Source: Rhina ancylostomus (taxonomy: Eukaryota). From it: 64,000 nt of DNA. Shown in pieces: positions 63,401 through 64,000 of the stretch. The DNA is taken from contig JARFYF010000063.1 of the NCBI GenBank assembly GCA_030265395.1, positions 51,943,919 through 52,007,918 of the forward strand. The letters run 5' to 3'. How positions within the stretch are numbered: position 1 is the first letter of the stretch; every line of letters starts with the position of its first letter. The notes beneath the pieces were generated by a model. It did not search any database. It was not told where the DNA came from and worked only from the letters and a program-made list of their open reading frames with translations. A program made the position numbers and the translations under genes.

Positions 63401-63445
63401 GATATACTGCAGAACTCTCACATATAAGCGCCGCACAGTTTCTAG
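42359..63445 (-). CDS. NUF2: Kinetochore protein NUF2 (NDC80 complex), 5'-partial: 12 coding exons, first coding exon outside the window
   Basis: Twelve GT-AG exons (75,77,62,98,74,97,63,138,144,176,136,132 nt) join in frame without stops. The peptides align colinearly with human NUF2 as I recall it (LETVRRLYVRVLQYIF~PEVLHMIYMRALQIVY; MPYPQLFE~VMYPHLME; LSGIISFLQFR~LSGIINFIHFR; IPPEQQ..LSADITELQQAIN~VPVEEQ..LSDGIQELQQSLN; IVECPE~IVDSPE; LQQYH~LEKYH). Proximity to an RGS4/5-type gene matches the known human neighbourhood. Confidence 0.93.
43154..43289 (-). CDS. NUF2: NUF2 exon (EYDQLKVRSQKKNEQVAQINSERQHVLIKMKLLKENCEKDVSECE)
   Basis: aacaag|T (AAG acceptor after a T-rich tract) ... GAG|gtacgt, 136 nt; inside ORF 43100..43327. 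Confidence 0.88.
45930..47095 (+). mobile_element. Old CR1-type RT/3' fragments in a NUF2 intron
   Basis: TTTGCAAAAGGCATTTAATAA (F.KAF.K), GAACAGAGAGACCTAG and AAAACACTAGTTAGGCCACA motifs. Confidence 0.65.
48009..48184 (-). CDS. NUF2: NUF2 exon (TWKEENDLDRKKLESENMQKEETQLKRVL...), coiled coil
   Basis: tttctacag|ACT ... AC|gtatgt, 176 nt; inside ORF 47927..48220. Confidence 0.9.
49170..49313 (-). CDS. NUF2: NUF2 exon (QKKSDRTLELQDKLANFINFQKKELETYCSFLQQSQTGYDQLSSMNTE)
   Basis: ttaacag|CAA ... GAG|gtatgt, 144 nt. Confidence 0.85.
50185..50285 (+). repeat. Local tandem duplication
   Basis: AGAATGTAGAAGCACACTGTGCTGA..ACACTGTGTTGGG occurs twice, about 62 nt apart. Confidence 0.8.
50888..51025 (-). 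CDS. NUF2: NUF2 exon (SQLKEDLANEKERQAKLKPMIVECPEQRKSEIQAKRETVEKKKSAL)
   Basis: ggtag|AGC ... TTG|gtatga, 138 nt. Confidence 0.9.
54334..54396 (-). CDS. NUF2: NUF2 exon (SSIQDATTQQKAEIAEQNKGL)
   Basis: tttttgtgcag|AGT ... CTG|gtaggt, 63 nt. Confidence 0.88.
55181..55277 (-). CDS. NUF2: NUF2 exon (TIPPEQQAKIDVLSADITELQQAINWEYRHKQ)
   Basis: ttgccag|C ... CAA|gtaagt, 97 nt; inside ORF 55082..55300. Confidence 0.92.
56078..56151 (-). CDS. NUF2: NUF2 exon (KLNLEMMQEMLSSNEEMKYRIQSL)
   Basis: cccacag|AAA ... AA|gtaggt, 74 nt. Confidence 0.85.
56856..57095 (+). mobile_element. Young HE1/V-SINE-type tRNA SINE with CR1-type tail
   Basis: A box TAGCGTAGCGG, B box GGTTCGATTCC; near-identical to 9301-9545. 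Confidence 0.88.
57371..57468 (-). CDS. NUF2: NUF2 exon (KKCTIIILSGIISFLQFRRKTLETYLNQQKSF)
   Basis: aag|AC ... TTT|gtaagt, 98 nt; LSGII.F..FR motif. Confidence 0.92.
58350..59370 (+). mobile_element. CR1-type LINE RT/3' fragment
   Basis: KFADGDDTKIGG, QGDL.VHV and QVQEAIYKANSTLAFIA motifs plus CR1 tail. Confidence 0.8.
60373..60434 (-). CDS. NUF2: NUF2 exon (HNLISLCAIPNSVMADFWRP)
   Basis: ctcttccag|G ... A|gtaagc, 62 nt; phases match both neighbours. Confidence 0.85.
60556..61480 (-). mobile_element. CR1-type LINE with internal deletions
   Basis: CATAGAACAGTACAGCA tail and VPLFKKGNKDNPGNCRSVSLTSVVGKLLEKIFRDRIY (ORF 60867..61103). Confidence 0.85.
62737..62813 (-). CDS. NUF2: NUF2 exon (MPGDVSMPYPQLFENSVPLLNLYICM)
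   Basis: tgtag|ATG ... AT|gtaagt, 77 nt. Confidence 0.9.
63371..63445 (-). CDS. NUF2: NUF2 exon (LETVRRLYVRVLQYIFDARPDCFYM), CH domain
   Basis: caatag|CTA ... ATG|gttagt, 75 nt. Confidence 0.9.
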
Positions 63446-63726
63446 CTATTGAAGCAAAAAAAATGAAGATCCCATTCAAATTACATTAAGTTCAAATATG
63501 ACAACTTCAAGCAAGAAAATTATTAGCAATTTTGTAAACGAGTACTCAAAATGTACACAAATATCAATTATTTATTAATAACATATGTAATGTGATTTTC
63601 TAGAATGTCATGAAAATATACTCTCAATACTCAAACTTATTTCAGTTATGCATCCCAATTCATATTCAACAACCACAGAATCCCTTTTAAAACAGCTAGA
63701 TCTCTAGCTCAGTGAGAGTAATACGT

Positions 63727-63779
63727 AATAAAATATTTAAAATGTTATAATACATAATAAAATATTTAAAATGTTATAA
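63727..63779 (+). repeat. Tandem duplication with a 29-bp period
   Basis: TAATAAAATATTTAAAATGTTATAA occurs twice. Confidence 0.85.
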
Positions 63780-64000
63780 GGATGCACATATGCCTTAAAA
63801 AACAAAATATTTTCTAAAAAATAAATTTATTCACAACTGTCAAGGGTTATAGATTAGCATTGTTTTGATTGCTATAGGTGCATACTTTTAGCTGGAAAGG
63901 AATAACTCCATGAAAACAAATGTATGCATTACATTGCTTAATACTCTTGCCTTTATAAATCAATGCATTCTTAGGTTTTGGTGACTTTACAGAGGTTTAG

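Noticed and set aside
1-64000. CRISPR arrays, operons, rRNA genes, intact transposase/RT or endogenous viral ORFs
   Set aside because: None seen. The DNA is eukaryotic with spliceosomal introns, and every retroelement ORF found is fragmentary.

Overview
AT-rich vertebrate genomic DNA. The repeat content (HE1/V-SINE-type tRNA SINEs, Deu-domain SINEs, CR1, Rex1, RTE and Penelope-type fragments) points to a cartilaginous fish, probably a ray or shark; this is inferred from repeat motifs only. Two intact spliced genes were reconstructed by hand and lie tail-to-tail about 11 kb apart. The first is a complete 5-exon R4-family regulator of G-protein signalling gene on + (CDS 26859-30150, 194 aa, RGS5-like with some RGS16/RGS4 features). 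The second is 12 coding exons of the kinetochore gene NUF2 on - (63445 to 42359; its first coding exon lies beyond the window end). The left 26 kb has no recognisable gene: it is decayed retroelements plus several repeat-free, motif-dense blocks that look like enhancers. The most notable points are: an RGS5-like gene on the 3' side of NUF2 with altered N-terminal Cys motifs and an immediate-early-type regulatory layout; decayed minimal hammerhead-ribozyme folds in Penelope-type repeat ends; two SINE subfamilies sharing a head but carrying different LINE-type tails; and two inverted-repeat (MITE-like) structures. I cannot claim a wholly new system from sequence alone. Repeat boundaries are approximate and family names come from recalled motifs, not database searches.
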